Below are positions 8,732-17,001 of a DNA stretch of 64,000 nucleotides, piece after piece (positions within the stretch are counted from its first letter, which is position 1; every line of letters begins with the position of its first letter). The notes beneath the pieces are model-generated. The model had not been told where the DNA came from. It searched no databases and was given only the letters and a program-made list of their open reading frames with translations. This DNA comes from an uncultured Candidatus Saccharibacteria bacterium. GTDB taxonomy: Bacteria; Patescibacteriota; Minisyncoccia; Phycocordibacterales; UBA2100. The stretch is taken from assembly GCA_964633425.1 (NCBI GenBank), contig CAZWFX010000001.1:9644-73643 (forward strand), written 5' to 3'. Made by a program: the position numbers and the translations under genes.

Positions 8732-8998
8732 TTAGATTTCCAGTGAGGCGAGTTCGTCTTCGAAAATGACCACGGTAGCTCCGGCGTGTCCATGTACGTG
8801 CTCAAGAGCCTTAATGGACTCATAGGTGGCAATACACCGATACGGAGTCATCCAGGTAATGGCACAGGTCCCGTTGCTAAATTCGAGGCCTTCGGCGACC
8901 ACTCCGGTGCCGCTCACTCCAGAAACATCTTCTTTTCTAACCAGGATGAATTTTCGCATTTCCCCGAAATGGGTCGACAAGATCTTAGGGAGGTCCAT
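8732..8998 (-). CDS. hypothetical protein (88 aa)
   Basis: ORF abutting the MazG gene stop; no motif recognised. Confidence 0.55.
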   Translation of the reverse strand: MDLPKILSTHFGEMRKFILVRKEDVSGVSGTGVVAEGLEFSNGTCAITWMTPYRCIATYESIKALEHVHGHAGATVVIFEDELASLEI

Positions 8999-9405
8999 TA
9001 TTCTGAACCTTCCAGTGCCTTCTTTTCGGCTTCCAGATTTCGGTTTAGGGCGGCTTCTTGCGTAAAGCCGTTGGGATATCTCTTCTTAAGCTTCCTGGCG
9101 GTGGCTTCCATCGCGTCCTCAAAGGTCAAGCCCAAGGCATCTAACATAACGGACGCATACCAAAGCACGTCTCCAACCTCTTCTTTTAGGTTTGTCAGAT
9201 CGAGAGGCTTGCCGTAGCAGGAATGCTTCTTGAGAGCATCGATAATTTCTCCAGCCTCGGTGACCATTCCTCTGGAAGCGTGGTCTAGTCGAGACATGGT
9301 CTGGCTGGCCTCTCCCTTTGGGCCCAGTGCCCCATGGACGTCAATTACATAAGTGGGCGTCTTCTCTGTAAGAAGACAGATTCTTTGAAATTCAGTTGGT
9401 GTCAT
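8998..9405 (-). CDS. MazG-like nucleoside triphosphate pyrophosphohydrolase
   Basis: EAGEIIDALKK ... EEVGDVLWYASVMLDALG ... KLKKRYPNGF: the EExxE/D-type helices are typical of all-alpha MazG NTP-PPases. Confidence 0.75.
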   Translation of the reverse strand: MTPTEFQRICLLTEKTPTYVIDVHGALGPKGEASQTMSRLDHASRGMVTEAGEIIDALKKHSCYGKPLDLTNLKEEVGDVLWYASVMLDALGLTFEDAMEATARKLKKRYPNGFTQEAALNRNLEAEKKALEGSE

Positions 9406-9593
9406 AGGTCCTCTACAAGAATAAAATGGTATGGGGCCGAAGATTCCTTGGACAGTTCTAGTTCAAAAGGCTCTTCTTGAGACAAGGCCTCCGTAATCTG
9501 ATTGATTGTGCCGGAGCACTCATTGCAGTAAGTCCAATAAATCCCATTACCGGATCTGAGAATGGCTCCGCGAGACTTGATATTGGTTTTCAT
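9402..9593 (-). CDS. hypothetical protein (63 aa)
   Basis: ORF with 4-nt overlaps on both sides (operon coupling). Confidence 0.5.
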   Translation of the reverse strand: MKTNIKSRGAILRSGNGIYWTYCNECSGTINQITEALSQEEPFELELSKESSAPYHFILVEDL

Positions 9594-9892
9594 GCCGGCA
9601 CCAGTTTGGTAAATGGCAGTTTAGTACCCTTCAGCGTTGCTCCAAGCAGGTTTGCTCCGCTTAGGTCTACCTGGGTAAGATCTGCGTAGCTTAGGTTGGC
9701 GAAGGATAGATCCGCCCCGCTAAGATCGCACTTGGGGAAGATCACTAAGGGGAGGTTTAGGCCAGACAGATCGGCGCCAGCCAGCCTGAACCCGTTTTCC
9801 AGAGCAGACAAGAAAGCCCGCTCCTTGCTTTCAAACAGACCTCGATAAATAGAGGTTCCGTCTAGTCTAAGAATCTCAAACGAATAGACCAT
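9590..9892 (-). CDS. pentapeptide-repeat protein
   Basis: GADLSGLNLPLVIFPKCDLSGADLSFANLSYADLTQVDLSGANLLGATLKGTKL: consecutive A(D/N)LxG pentapeptides. Confidence 0.8.
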   Translation of the reverse strand: MVYSFEILRLDGTSIYRGLFESKERAFLSALENGFRLAGADLSGLNLPLVIFPKCDLSGADLSFANLSYADLTQVDLSGANLLGATLKGTKLPFTKLVPA

Positions 9893-9900
9893 TTGGGCAC

Positions 9901-10128
9901 CTAAACCCTGGAGGCCTTGGAATTATATAGGGCGACCCAGGAGGCCATGCAGGGGCACTCCCCTTGCCTCCGATAGTGGGTAAAGTTCATGTTGAACTTG
10001 CTTAGATCCGCTCCTGCCTGGACGGCCTTTGAGTGATCGAAGTCGGCCTGGGCCTCGCAGGCATCGGCTTCAAGCCCATTCAGGCAAAACTTGCGTAGCT
10101 CTTCTTCTGTCGCGTCTTCTTTGATCAT
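9901..10128 (-). CDS. hypothetical protein with short pentapeptide-like stretch
   Basis: ORF containing ..AVQAGADLSKFNMNFTH.. Confidence 0.5.
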   Translation of the reverse strand: MIKEDATEEELRKFCLNGLEADACEAQADFDHSKAVQAGADLSKFNMNFTHYRRQGECPCMASWVALYNSKASRV

Positions 10129-10152
10129 TTACCTTCTTTTTCCTTTTGACGT

Positions 10153-10238
10153 TGGCTCCGAGACCACGACTCGAACGTGGGTTGGCCTTTCGGCGCCTGG
10201 TTAACAGCCAGGTGGTTTCTCCACTCACCCATCTCGGA
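10153..10238 (-). tRNA. type II (long variable arm) tRNA with anticodon GUU
   Basis: Hand fold: TCCGAGA TG GGT-GAGTGGAGAA-ACC A CCTGG-CTGTTAA-CCAGG CGCCGAAAGGCCAAC CCACG-TTCGAGT-CGTGG TCTCGGA G CCA. It has a 3-bp D stem, a 15-nt variable arm, G73 and an encoded CCA. Confidence 0.75.
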
Positions 10239-10260
10239 ACGGTGCTTTGAACCGTATCAG

Positions 10261-10506
10261 TTACGGAGACTGGCTGTCAACAACTTTCAGATATCCAACC
10301 CAATCCTCCCAAGTAGAAGGATCTGAGTGTGTGCGACCCTCTTCTTTGGCGGTTTCAAGCCAAAGACCAATCGCAACACGGATTTCCTTGACGGCCTCTT
10401 CCGGCGTGTCTCCGTGAGCTAGGCACCCAGGAAGATCTGGGGCTTCTGCAATCCAGGCGGCGTCAACACGGCTCCAAAATAAAAGAATCGGGTATTTGTC
10501 ATTCAT
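10261..10506 (-). CDS. hicB: HicB-like antitoxin-family protein (UPF0150/RNase H-like fold)
   Basis: ..WIAEAPDLPGCLAHGDTPEEAVKEIRVAIGLWLETAKEEG.. matches the HicB N-terminal domain signature. No HicA-like ORF is adjacent. Confidence 0.7.
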   Translation of the reverse strand: MNDKYPILLFWSRVDAAWIAEAPDLPGCLAHGDTPEEAVKEIRVAIGLWLETAKEEGRTHSDPSTWEDWVGYLKVVDSQSP

Positions 10507-10519
10507 TTTAATTACCTTT

Positions 10520-11656
10520 TTACCACCAAGCCTCAGTCATACGTTGACACGCTTGGTTAATCTTTTTAACGTCAGCGGTTTTGGGTAGGGTCGTTGTTTT
10601 TGCTAGAGATTCGTTCAGGTCATGGAGTCTTTTAACCTCTTCCTTGAATTGTTCATATGTCCAAACACCGTTCCTGATCTCTAGCAGCTCTTTGGCGTCT
10701 GGTCTATAAACTTTAACACCTTTCCCTTGAAGGATCTCGGAGCATGTCCTTTGAAGCCGGATGGTGTGCATGGCCATTTTTAGATCGTATCCGTATTTGG
10801 CTTCCATCTCGGCCCTGACTGGATTACGATTTTTCTTCCATTCTTGGTACTTAGCCCACTCGCTCACAGCATTCTTAAAGGCCCGTTCTTGCTTTAGGTA
10901 CTCCATGGCCTGGTCGTCTAGGCCGATCTTTTTTGACGCCAAATACCACTGATCTTCTGCGGTTAATTTCATGTCGGCTAAGCTTGCGGACAGCTTGTTG
11001 AGCAGATCGATTCTGTGGGTGTAATCCACCGACTGAAGGTCTACCTGCCAGCCCTCGACCACCTTTTTCATTAGGGCTTCCATTGATTCCCTTTGTTCTT
11101 TTGGAATCAATGGATGTCCTGGAAGGTTAAAATCCTCTCTTTCAGGCTTCTTTTTTGGTGGGTTCAGAAGGTATTGGCGATGAAGATCGATGTGTCTTAC
11201 CTGGCTAATGGCGTAGCCACTGTACCTTGGCAATGCTTCTTGAGACAGAAACGAAGTTCGAATATTGTAGATCTCTTCCCACCCAAGGGTGGGCCAATAC
11301 ATGACGTACCCTTTGTCTTTCCTGGCCGCCCAAATCCACGTACCGGGATCTGCCCACAAGATCTCAATCACAGATGGATTGCAAACAGAAGCCAACTGAC
11401 AAAACTTCCTCAATGAGTAGATGCTGCCATCGTAATTGCCCCACTGCTTTCCATCCGCTTGTTCAAAAGACTCAAGAAACCCAGAACTAATTTCCTTCGG
11501 GGGAATGCAAACCCCCTTAAAGTCAACGTCAGACCCAGCGACGTTGGTCCCGTATGCGTGAGATCCGTGTAGGGTCAAATAAATGGTCTGCCTGCCAAGC
11601 CACTTCAAATTCCCATTGTAGTTGGCAAAGAGTTCTTCTTTGGAAGGCTTTTTCAT
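10520..11656 (-). CDS. Pol-beta superfamily nucleotidyltransferase, YcgL/RlaP-like (RNA-repair associated family)
   Basis: N-terminal LHGSHAYGTNVAGSDVDFKGV (GSxxYG..SDxD) plus a long helical C-terminal region. The family assignment is from memory. Confidence 0.65.
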   Translation of the reverse strand: MKKPSKEELFANYNGNLKWLGRQTIYLTLHGSHAYGTNVAGSDVDFKGVCIPPKEISSGFLESFEQADGKQWGNYDGSIYSLRKFCQLASVCNPSVIEILWADPGTWIWAARKDKGYVMYWPTLGWEEIYNIRTSFLSQEALPRYSGYAISQVRHIDLHRQYLLNPPKKKPEREDFNLPGHPLIPKEQRESMEALMKKVVEGWQVDLQSVDYTHRIDLLNKLSASLADMKLTAEDQWYLASKKIGLDDQAMEYLKQERAFKNAVSEWAKYQEWKKNRNPVRAEMEAKYGYDLKMAMHTIRLQRTCSEILQGKGVKVYRPDAKELLEIRNGVWTYEQFKEEVKRLHDLNESLAKTTTLPKTADVKKINQACQRMTEAWW

Positions 11657-11850
11657 CTGGGTCTCTTGTTAAGAAAGTTGTCCAAGTGCTCTACGCAGCG
11701 ACGATAGAAACCGGGCTTTTGGATGTCTCTTCGGGCTTCCTTGAGAAGCCCTTGCAGCCTTTCGATTTCACGCCTAAGTTCCGCGTTGGTGGCCTTTAAA
11801 ACCGCCACTTCATTTTTAAGTTTACGATAAAAATCCAACTCATTTTGCAT
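11653..11850 (-). CDS. hypothetical coiled-coil protein (65 aa)
   Basis: ORF with a 4-nt overlap to the downstream gene and a heptad-like sequence. Confidence 0.5.
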   Translation of the reverse strand: MQNELDFYRKLKNEVAVLKATNAELRREIERLQGLLKEARRDIQKPGFYRRCVEHLDNFLNKRPR

Positions 11851-11853
11851 AGA

Positions 11854-12126
11854 TCACCTCAGGCCCACAACGCCAAGACAGCTGTAATAGATTTGTTCAA
11901 TTTGTTGTTGGATTTCGGCAGCCGCAAGATTTGCGTTTATGTGTCCGTACCTTGTAGACAGAGATGTAACGTAAGACGAGTCGTCCATAAAGGTCACACG
12001 CCCAAACCACTGCCCGTCCTTAAAGTAGATCTCTGCCCAAATAGGATGGGGCTTGGAACTGTAGAGCCCTGGTCGCTTTAGATCAAGCTTAATGTTGCCA
12101 ATTTTTAGATGGGGAACTTCGTCCAT
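11854..12126 (-). CDS. hypothetical protein (90 aa)
   Basis: ORF with no recognisable motif. Confidence 0.5.
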   Translation of the reverse strand: MDEVPHLKIGNIKLDLKRPGLYSSKPHPIWAEIYFKDGQWFGRVTFMDDSSYVTSLSTRYGHINANLAAAEIQQQIEQIYYSCLGVVGLR

Positions 12127-12157
12127 GGAAAGACCCTATCAGGGGTCGATCCAAAAA

Positions 12158-13558
12158 TCAATCCTTTTCGATGGTCGCTAGTTTTTTGTAGTAGGCGGGG
12201 TCTTCGGTCAGGTGGTCCATGGCGATTTCAAGGGCGATGGCAGGATCGGACGTGTGCTCTAGCTCGACCCGAACACCCTCTTTTAGGGCTTCCTTGTCGA
12301 AATCTGACGGGTTCTTTTTGTCGGCCAAGCCGCCAGGGATCTTGTCTTCGTGGATTTCTGGGATTTCATCTTCCGACTTTACCAGGTGTTGGAAAGAGAT
12401 GGCTGGAAGAGAGGTGACCTTGAAAAACTGGTCCTCTTTGGCCTTGGGAATTTTGGTCAAGTCGTACAAGGTGTAGGTGTTTTCCATGCCCTGTGGTACG
12501 ATATAATAATGAGTCGCATCTGAATACAGAATCGAATACAGACCATCAGGCAAAACGGCCACTCCCGGCTCCACCCAGTACCCACCAAAATCAACAGACC
12601 TGTCCGGAAGTCCCTTGTTTAGCTCAATCCATAGATTCTGGGTTCTCCAAAACAATTCCTTGACCGATTTGGTGACCTTGGGTAAGTCGAATTCCTTGGC
12701 TAGTTTGTCCGCTTCTTCCTCGCCAAGCTCAGGAACCTCCTTCTTAAGATGCTCCCTTACAGCCTTCGGGTCAGCCTTGCCTCGGTAGCTCCTCAACGCA
12801 GTCCGGATCCGGCTCTTAACCCCAAGCCACTCCTTGGCCAGTGCCGCTCCACCAACCAAAGCGTCCGGCGCCACGCCACCTCCACCACCACCAGAATCAA
12901 GTGCCTTATATAATTTGTCAAAGGGTTCCTTTTTACCATAACCCCTGAAAATCTCTAGGTTTTTTAGTTTTTCAAAGGGTATCGGTTGTTTATCAAAGCC
13001 TTCTGGGGCCTGAGGATCGGCGATCAGGTAGGCATTGCAGGTGGCGTTGCAGGGGCCGATGGTAAGGGACACCTTGCGAGCCAGGGTTGAGGTCAGTTTG
13101 TTGTCGGTTTGGGATAGGGTGTTGCCCTGGATGCTGGCCCGAACAATGGACATTTCCCCGTTGGCGTGAGCGTCTCGGATTTTGGCCGCCTGGGCTCTAG
13201 CGGCGGTCTCTACCAAGGGATGTCCAGCAGCGTCTTCCAGGCGCCCGATGACCAAAAGATAGGGCATTTCGATGTCTGCCCAGATCTTTTCCTCAATTTC
13301 GTTTTCGCAATCTTTCTTGGAAAAGATCTTCTTGGCGGCGATGATCTTGCCGACTGTTTCCTGTCCAAAAGACAAGGGCTTGGTCGGATCGCGCGGGTCC
13401 TTTTCCCCAGGATCTACGTGCTCAACATTAAGGGTCCCGGTTCCTTCCTCAAAGGAAGTAATGTCAATGCCCTTGATGTCTATTTTTTCACCCACCTTGT
13501 CGATGGCCTCTGAGGCAGCCACCAGGGCAACTATCATTCCTTGAGTTCTAGGATCCAC
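12158..13558 (-). CDS. hypothetical protein with conserved phage C-terminal module
   Basis: 466-aa ORF. The C-terminal KIPGGLADKKNPSDFDKEALKEGVRVELEHTSDPAIALEIAMDHLTEDPAYYKKL is a module I recall from many phage proteins. A poly-Gly linker is present. Start is GTG13558 or ATG13537. Confidence 0.6.
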   Translation of the reverse strand: MDPRTQGMIVALVAASEAIDKVGEKIDIKGIDITSFEEGTGTLNVEHVDPGEKDPRDPTKPLSFGQETVGKIIAAKKIFSKKDCENEIEEKIWADIEMPYLLVIGRLEDAAGHPLVETAARAQAAKIRDAHANGEMSIVRASIQGNTLSQTDNKLTSTLARKVSLTIGPCNATCNAYLIADPQAPEGFDKQPIPFEKLKNLEIFRGYGKKEPFDKLYKALDSGGGGGGVAPDALVGGAALAKEWLGVKSRIRTALRSYRGKADPKAVREHLKKEVPELGEEEADKLAKEFDLPKVTKSVKELFWRTQNLWIELNKGLPDRSVDFGGYWVEPGVAVLPDGLYSILYSDATHYYIVPQGMENTYTLYDLTKIPKAKEDQFFKVTSLPAISFQHLVKSEDEIPEIHEDKIPGGLADKKNPSDFDKEALKEGVRVELEHTSDPAIALEIAMDHLTEDPAYYKKLATIEKD

Positions 13559-13561
13559 TGC

Positions 13562-13573
13562 CCTTAAAGATTA
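13562..13573 (-). promoter_or_regulatory. CAATCTTTA late-type motif (TAATCTTTAAGG)
   Basis: Minus strand reads TAATCTTTAAGG immediately upstream of the 12158..13558 ORF. Confidence 0.4.
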
Positions 13574-14143
13574 TGGCCTGGTACCAAGCTGAACGATGGT
13601 GGCCATGTCTTTGAATTGTAGAGCAATATTAAGGGCTTGTGGGCCATATACAAACGAGACAGAAGCAAAACTCGCTCCGGTCTTTCGGATAAGGGTGTCG
13701 CCGTCATCTTTGTAGTAGGATGTTCGTGACTTATACAGTATCATAAAAGATCCTGGCACGGACATCATCGTGTGAAAGAACTGTTGCTCTGTGTTGGATG
13801 GCAGTACGCAAAAGAGGGTTCTGGTTGAACCGGAGCTGGAGAGCAGTTCGCACTCGGTCTTCCAGACCTTGGCAAAGTCGGCCTTTCTGGAAAAGGGCGG
13901 GTTCATGAAGGCGACGTCGGAGTTCCCTTCATGCCAAGGCATTAAAAACCCGTCTGTTTCTGGGGTACCGTCGTAGATATTGGTTACGGCAGCCCCAACG
14001 AAGGACGGTTCTTTGCCAAAGGGATCTAGCCCGATTGGGGCGACACGGCGGATTCTGTCTAGAATTTCTGGTGGGGTTGCCCACTCGTCGTTAAGGGGGA
14101 ACTCGGACCTGGACTTATTGAATTTGTCGGCTTTTTTAGTCAT
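13571..14143 (-). CDS. phage-type DNA N6-adenine methyltransferase
   Basis: NDEWATPPEIL..IGLDPFG...DVAFMNPPFSR: the 'W.TP' + 'DP' + 'NPPF/Y' layout of the phage Dam family. Confidence 0.8.
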   Translation of the reverse strand: MTKKADKFNKSRSEFPLNDEWATPPEILDRIRRVAPIGLDPFGKEPSFVGAAVTNIYDGTPETDGFLMPWHEGNSDVAFMNPPFSRKADFAKVWKTECELLSSSGSTRTLFCVLPSNTEQQFFHTMMSVPGSFMILYKSRTSYYKDDGDTLIRKTGASFASVSFVYGPQALNIALQFKDMATIVQLGTRP

Positions 14144-14718
14144 TTTGTAGTGTTGGTAAGGTAGCTTACATATTCGTGTAGCTGTCCCCAGTCGTCAGTG
14201 TAGAATGGAGACTGATAGAATACAGAGCCTTTGACCGGAATGTTGTAGGGCTGAGCCCACAAAAAAGAGGTGTGGTTTGGGTGCTGATCCAGCCAAGACA
14301 CATGATGGGATTCCTTGTCGTCTACAAAAACATGACCAAAAACACGGTGTTTCTGATGTGTAAAGGTCACGTCATTATAGCTTAATCCAAAATGCTTCTT
14401 AAGCCAGGAGTACCTTTCATGCGTCCAGTGCTTGGACAGCCAAGGGCTGGTTACGATATGCACGTCGGCTATCTGACGCAGGTCTTTGACTGCTTGGATG
14501 GCCTTTTCGAATGGCGGAATGGAAAGACACCATCCAGGATTAGACCTCTGGGCCTTTAGCCACCGCTTTTCCTTACCGGAAAGACCAAAGGTCTCTTCTA
14601 TTGACCAATCCTGATGGGTCTGTTCTGAGGAACCCTTGAGGGACACCACGTCTTGAAAGGTCCTGGCGTTAAAGTCGGCCAGGACGCCGTCGCAGTCTAA
14701 CAGCACGGTGAGTTTCAT
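14140..14718 (-). CDS. 5'(3')-deoxyribonucleotidase (HAD, NT5C-like)
   Basis: MKLTVLLDCDGVLADF (DxDxV HAD motif I), ..HIVTSP.., ..VFVDDK.. Confidence 0.75.
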   Translation of the reverse strand: MKLTVLLDCDGVLADFNARTFQDVVSLKGSSEQTHQDWSIEETFGLSGKEKRWLKAQRSNPGWCLSIPPFEKAIQAVKDLRQIADVHIVTSPWLSKHWTHERYSWLKKHFGLSYNDVTFTHQKHRVFGHVFVDDKESHHVSWLDQHPNHTSFLWAQPYNIPVKGSVFYQSPFYTDDWGQLHEYVSYLTNTTK

Positions 14719-14725
14719 TCTTTCA

Positions 14726-14755
14726 AATTTACCAGAGTTAGGGGTCTTTGGTCAA
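14726..14755 (-). promoter_or_regulatory. sigma70-like promoter (TTGACC-18-TAAATT)
   Basis: Minus strand reads TTGACC aaagacccctaactctgg TAAATT tgaaagaATG. It is back-to-back with the plus-strand late-type motif. Confidence 0.45.
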
Positions 14756-14769
14756 GCAATCTTTTAAGG
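14756..14769 (+). promoter_or_regulatory. CAATCTTTA late-type motif (GCAATCTTTTAAGG)
   Basis: 4 nt upstream of ATG14774. Confidence 0.45.
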
Positions 14770-14773
14770 AAGA

Positions 14774-15601
14774 ATGCCGAAGCAGATTCCAAATCCAGTC
14801 AATACCATGGATCTCACAGACACGCAAGTGGCTTTTGACATCCAAGCCTTTGACGACATGATTAGGAATGTTGGGGTGTCTTTTGTTCATTACGCGGCCA
14901 TGAGATGCCCGGTGGGTTTGGTTTCTGAGGACGACAATCGTCGACCTGGCCATCACCATCTCAACTGCGTCAATGGCTTCTTGCTAAGCCAGAAGGGCGA
15001 GGTTACCCTGGCCTTTCAAGCCAATAGCCATGGGGTCCAGGACATCGACGTGGGCCTGATTGACGGGACCACGGTCCAGGTGGTCTTTCCTCGGTACTAC
15101 GACAGCCCATCAACTTCTGAGGTGGAGATCATGCCGTTTGACCGGCTCTACCTCAAAGAAGAGTCCATTACCGTCCCAAATAGAGAAACTTTCAGTTGTT
15201 CTCTGACCGGGACGGACAGGTTGAAGTTCCCCGCCGTTAGTGTGTCTCTGCTGGTGGACTCTGCCGGGAAAACCTACTACCAAAACGACGATTTCACCAT
15301 AGTAGATGGAAACATTAAGTGGGTGAGTGCTGGACCAGGAATAGAACCCACCACTGGACAAGGCAAGATCTGTACTGTTAGGTACAGGTACCGGCCGTAC
15401 TGGGTGGTCTCTCGGCTCATCCATGAGGTCCGCGTGGCTCACGCCATTGATGGCGTCTCCGGAGAGCGTAGGGTGGTCAGAATGCCGCAGTCCGCTCTGC
15501 TCCAAAGAGAGTTCTTCTTCCATTCGTCTGAAGTGGACGAAACTGTCCCGTCTCAGCGACAGGAAACGGCCTCCTCCAAGGCCCTTTTTGGACCCCGTTA
15601 G
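14774..15601 (+). CDS. hypothetical protein, probable virion/late protein
   Basis: 275-aa ORF behind a late-type motif. The antisense ORFs 14738..14959 and 15110..15664 look non-coding. Confidence 0.6.
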   Translation: MPKQIPNPVNTMDLTDTQVAFDIQAFDDMIRNVGVSFVHYAAMRCPVGLVSEDDNRRPGHHHLNCVNGFLLSQKGEVTLAFQANSHGVQDIDVGLIDGTTVQVVFPRYYDSPSTSEVEIMPFDRLYLKEESITVPNRETFSCSLTGTDRLKFPAVSVSLLVDSAGKTYYQNDDFTIVDGNIKWVSAGPGIEPTTGQGKICTVRYRYRPYWVVSRLIHEVRVAHAIDGVSGERRVVRMPQSALLQREFFFHSSEVDETVPSQRQETASSKALFGPR

Positions 15602-15603
15602 CC

Positions 15604-15616
15604 TCAATCTTTGAGG
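15604..15616 (+). promoter_or_regulatory. CAATCTTTA late-type motif (TCAATCTTTGAGG)
   Basis: 4 nt upstream of ATG15621. Confidence 0.4.
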
Positions 15617-15620
15617 TAAC

Positions 15621-15926
15621 ATGAATCCGTCAGACGTATCGCCAAAGGAAATCAGGGACATCAAAAAGATCGGGCATTTGGGGTCCGATCAGGTGTACCA
15701 GATCAACACCAAGGGAGGCCTAACCCTCATATTGGTCAAAAAGGATGGCGAGGGAGAGTTTATTGGAGCTGGCTCTCATCAGGCCATGGCTCGCTACGCA
15801 GCCAAAAAGAAGAGGCCGGACTTGGTTTATACAGAGATGGCCAAGTCAGAGGTAGACCCTGGGGCCTTTAGTCCCTATCTGTCAGAGTTTGAGTCTCTGG
15901 TAGATACGCTGAACTCCAAGCTGTGA
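15621..15926 (+). CDS. hypothetical protein (101 aa)
   Basis: ORF with SD-like GAGG upstream. Confidence 0.55.
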   Translation: MNPSDVSPKEIRDIKKIGHLGSDQVYQINTKGGLTLILVKKDGEGEFIGAGSHQAMARYAAKKKRPDLVYTEMAKSEVDPGAFSPYLSEFESLVDTLNSKL

Positions 15927-15936
15927 AAGGCAATCG

Positions 15937-17001
15937 ATGGATCCCAAAAAGATCTACAAATGGCTTGATGGCCTCGTCGATTATGACGGAGTGGTCCCTG
16001 GATCTCACCTAGCAATCAACTTTACCAAGTCGGAAAAGGGATTGACAGGATCGGTTTTGGGGTACTCATTTAAGGATTACCCACAAATCAACCTGGCTGT
16101 GGCCCTGGGTGCCATCATCGACGTTAGAGGTCTGTCTAAGTCCCAAAAGGCTCAGCCACTAACAGAGACTGATCCTCTGTTTAGTTCATATCCAAATATT
16201 GCTAGACACGCAACGTACCACGACTACAGCCACCTGCTTCCAGAAGCCCTAAAGGCCACCAACCACAGGCTGATCCTGGATCAGCCCAATGGACCCCCAG
16301 GATCAGACCCAAAGGCTTTTGCCCCAGCGGTACATCTTGTGGGCTCCAATCATAAGATCCTTCACAATCATGTATACGACCCAACCACAAACTCTTTTGA
16401 TGGCCTAGAACAAGCCCAAAAGTCGGGGATCGAACATGCGGTCAAGGCCGCCTTTCATCAACATGTCGGACAGGTGGCAAAGGAACCTCCTCCGGGTCCA
16501 CCAAGACTTACTCTGGTAAAGGCCGAGGTTCCTCTTAGGAAGGAATATCGACCAAGGATCCTAACCACTGGAGGCCCAGGCGGATTTATCCCCAAAACCC
16601 CCAACATTCAGCCAGGTGAGAGCGAGATCAAACTCAACCCCAACAGAAAGCAAAAGCCCTCTTTGGAACTAAAGCCTTCTGTCGGAGGCGCCAGAAAGAT
16701 CAACATTCCTGGCTTAAAGCCAGTGGGAGAGAAGCCAGGGCCCGACAATGCATTGGAGGCCGCTGAGTTACCCAAGAGGCCGACCCAGTCGCTGAAAGTG
16801 GGCAAGGCTTTAGCCCACAAAGCCTGTCCTCTGTGCGGAATCGCACAGATGTCGGGCAATGCCTTTGTTGGTTGTGACTGCTACTCGGCCATGGCTAAGT
16901 CGGTTTCGGTAAGAACAGAAGCCGACTCATATACCCTGACCTTTGGCGATGAGTGGGACGCTGACGCAGTTTCGTCCCTTGATGAGACCTTTAAGTCTTA
17001 G
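15937..17001 (+). CDS. hypothetical protein (354 aa), Pro-rich, C-terminal Cys cluster
   Basis: ORF. It shares the motif YHDYSHLLP with the N-terminus of the 18672..20045 product. C-terminal CPLCG..GCDC. Confidence 0.6.
   Translation: MDPKKIYKWLDGLVDYDGVVPGSHLAINFTKSEKGLTGSVLGYSFKDYPQINLAVALGAIIDVRGLSKSQKAQPLTETDPLFSSYPNIARHATYHDYSHLLPEALKATNHRLILDQPNGPPGSDPKAFAPAVHLVGSNHKILHNHVYDPTTNSFDGLEQAQKSGIEHAVKAAFHQHVGQVAKEPPPGPPRLTLVKAEVPLRKEYRPRILTTGGPGGFIPKTPNIQPGESEIKLNPNRKQKPSLELKPSVGGARKINIPGLKPVGEKPGPDNALEAAELPKRPTQSLKVGKALAHKACPLCGIAQMSGNAFVGCDCYSAMAKSVSVRTEADSYTLTFGDEWDADAVSSLDETFKS

Noticed and set aside
10261-11656. HicB plus the adjacent nucleotidyltransferase as a complete toxin-antitoxin (HicAB or MNT/HEPN-like) pair.
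   Set aside because: The NTase is 378 aa with the YcgL/RlaP-type GSxxYG..SDxD N-terminus. It is neither a HicA (about 60 aa dsRBD-like) nor a minimal MNT, and no HEPN partner was seen.
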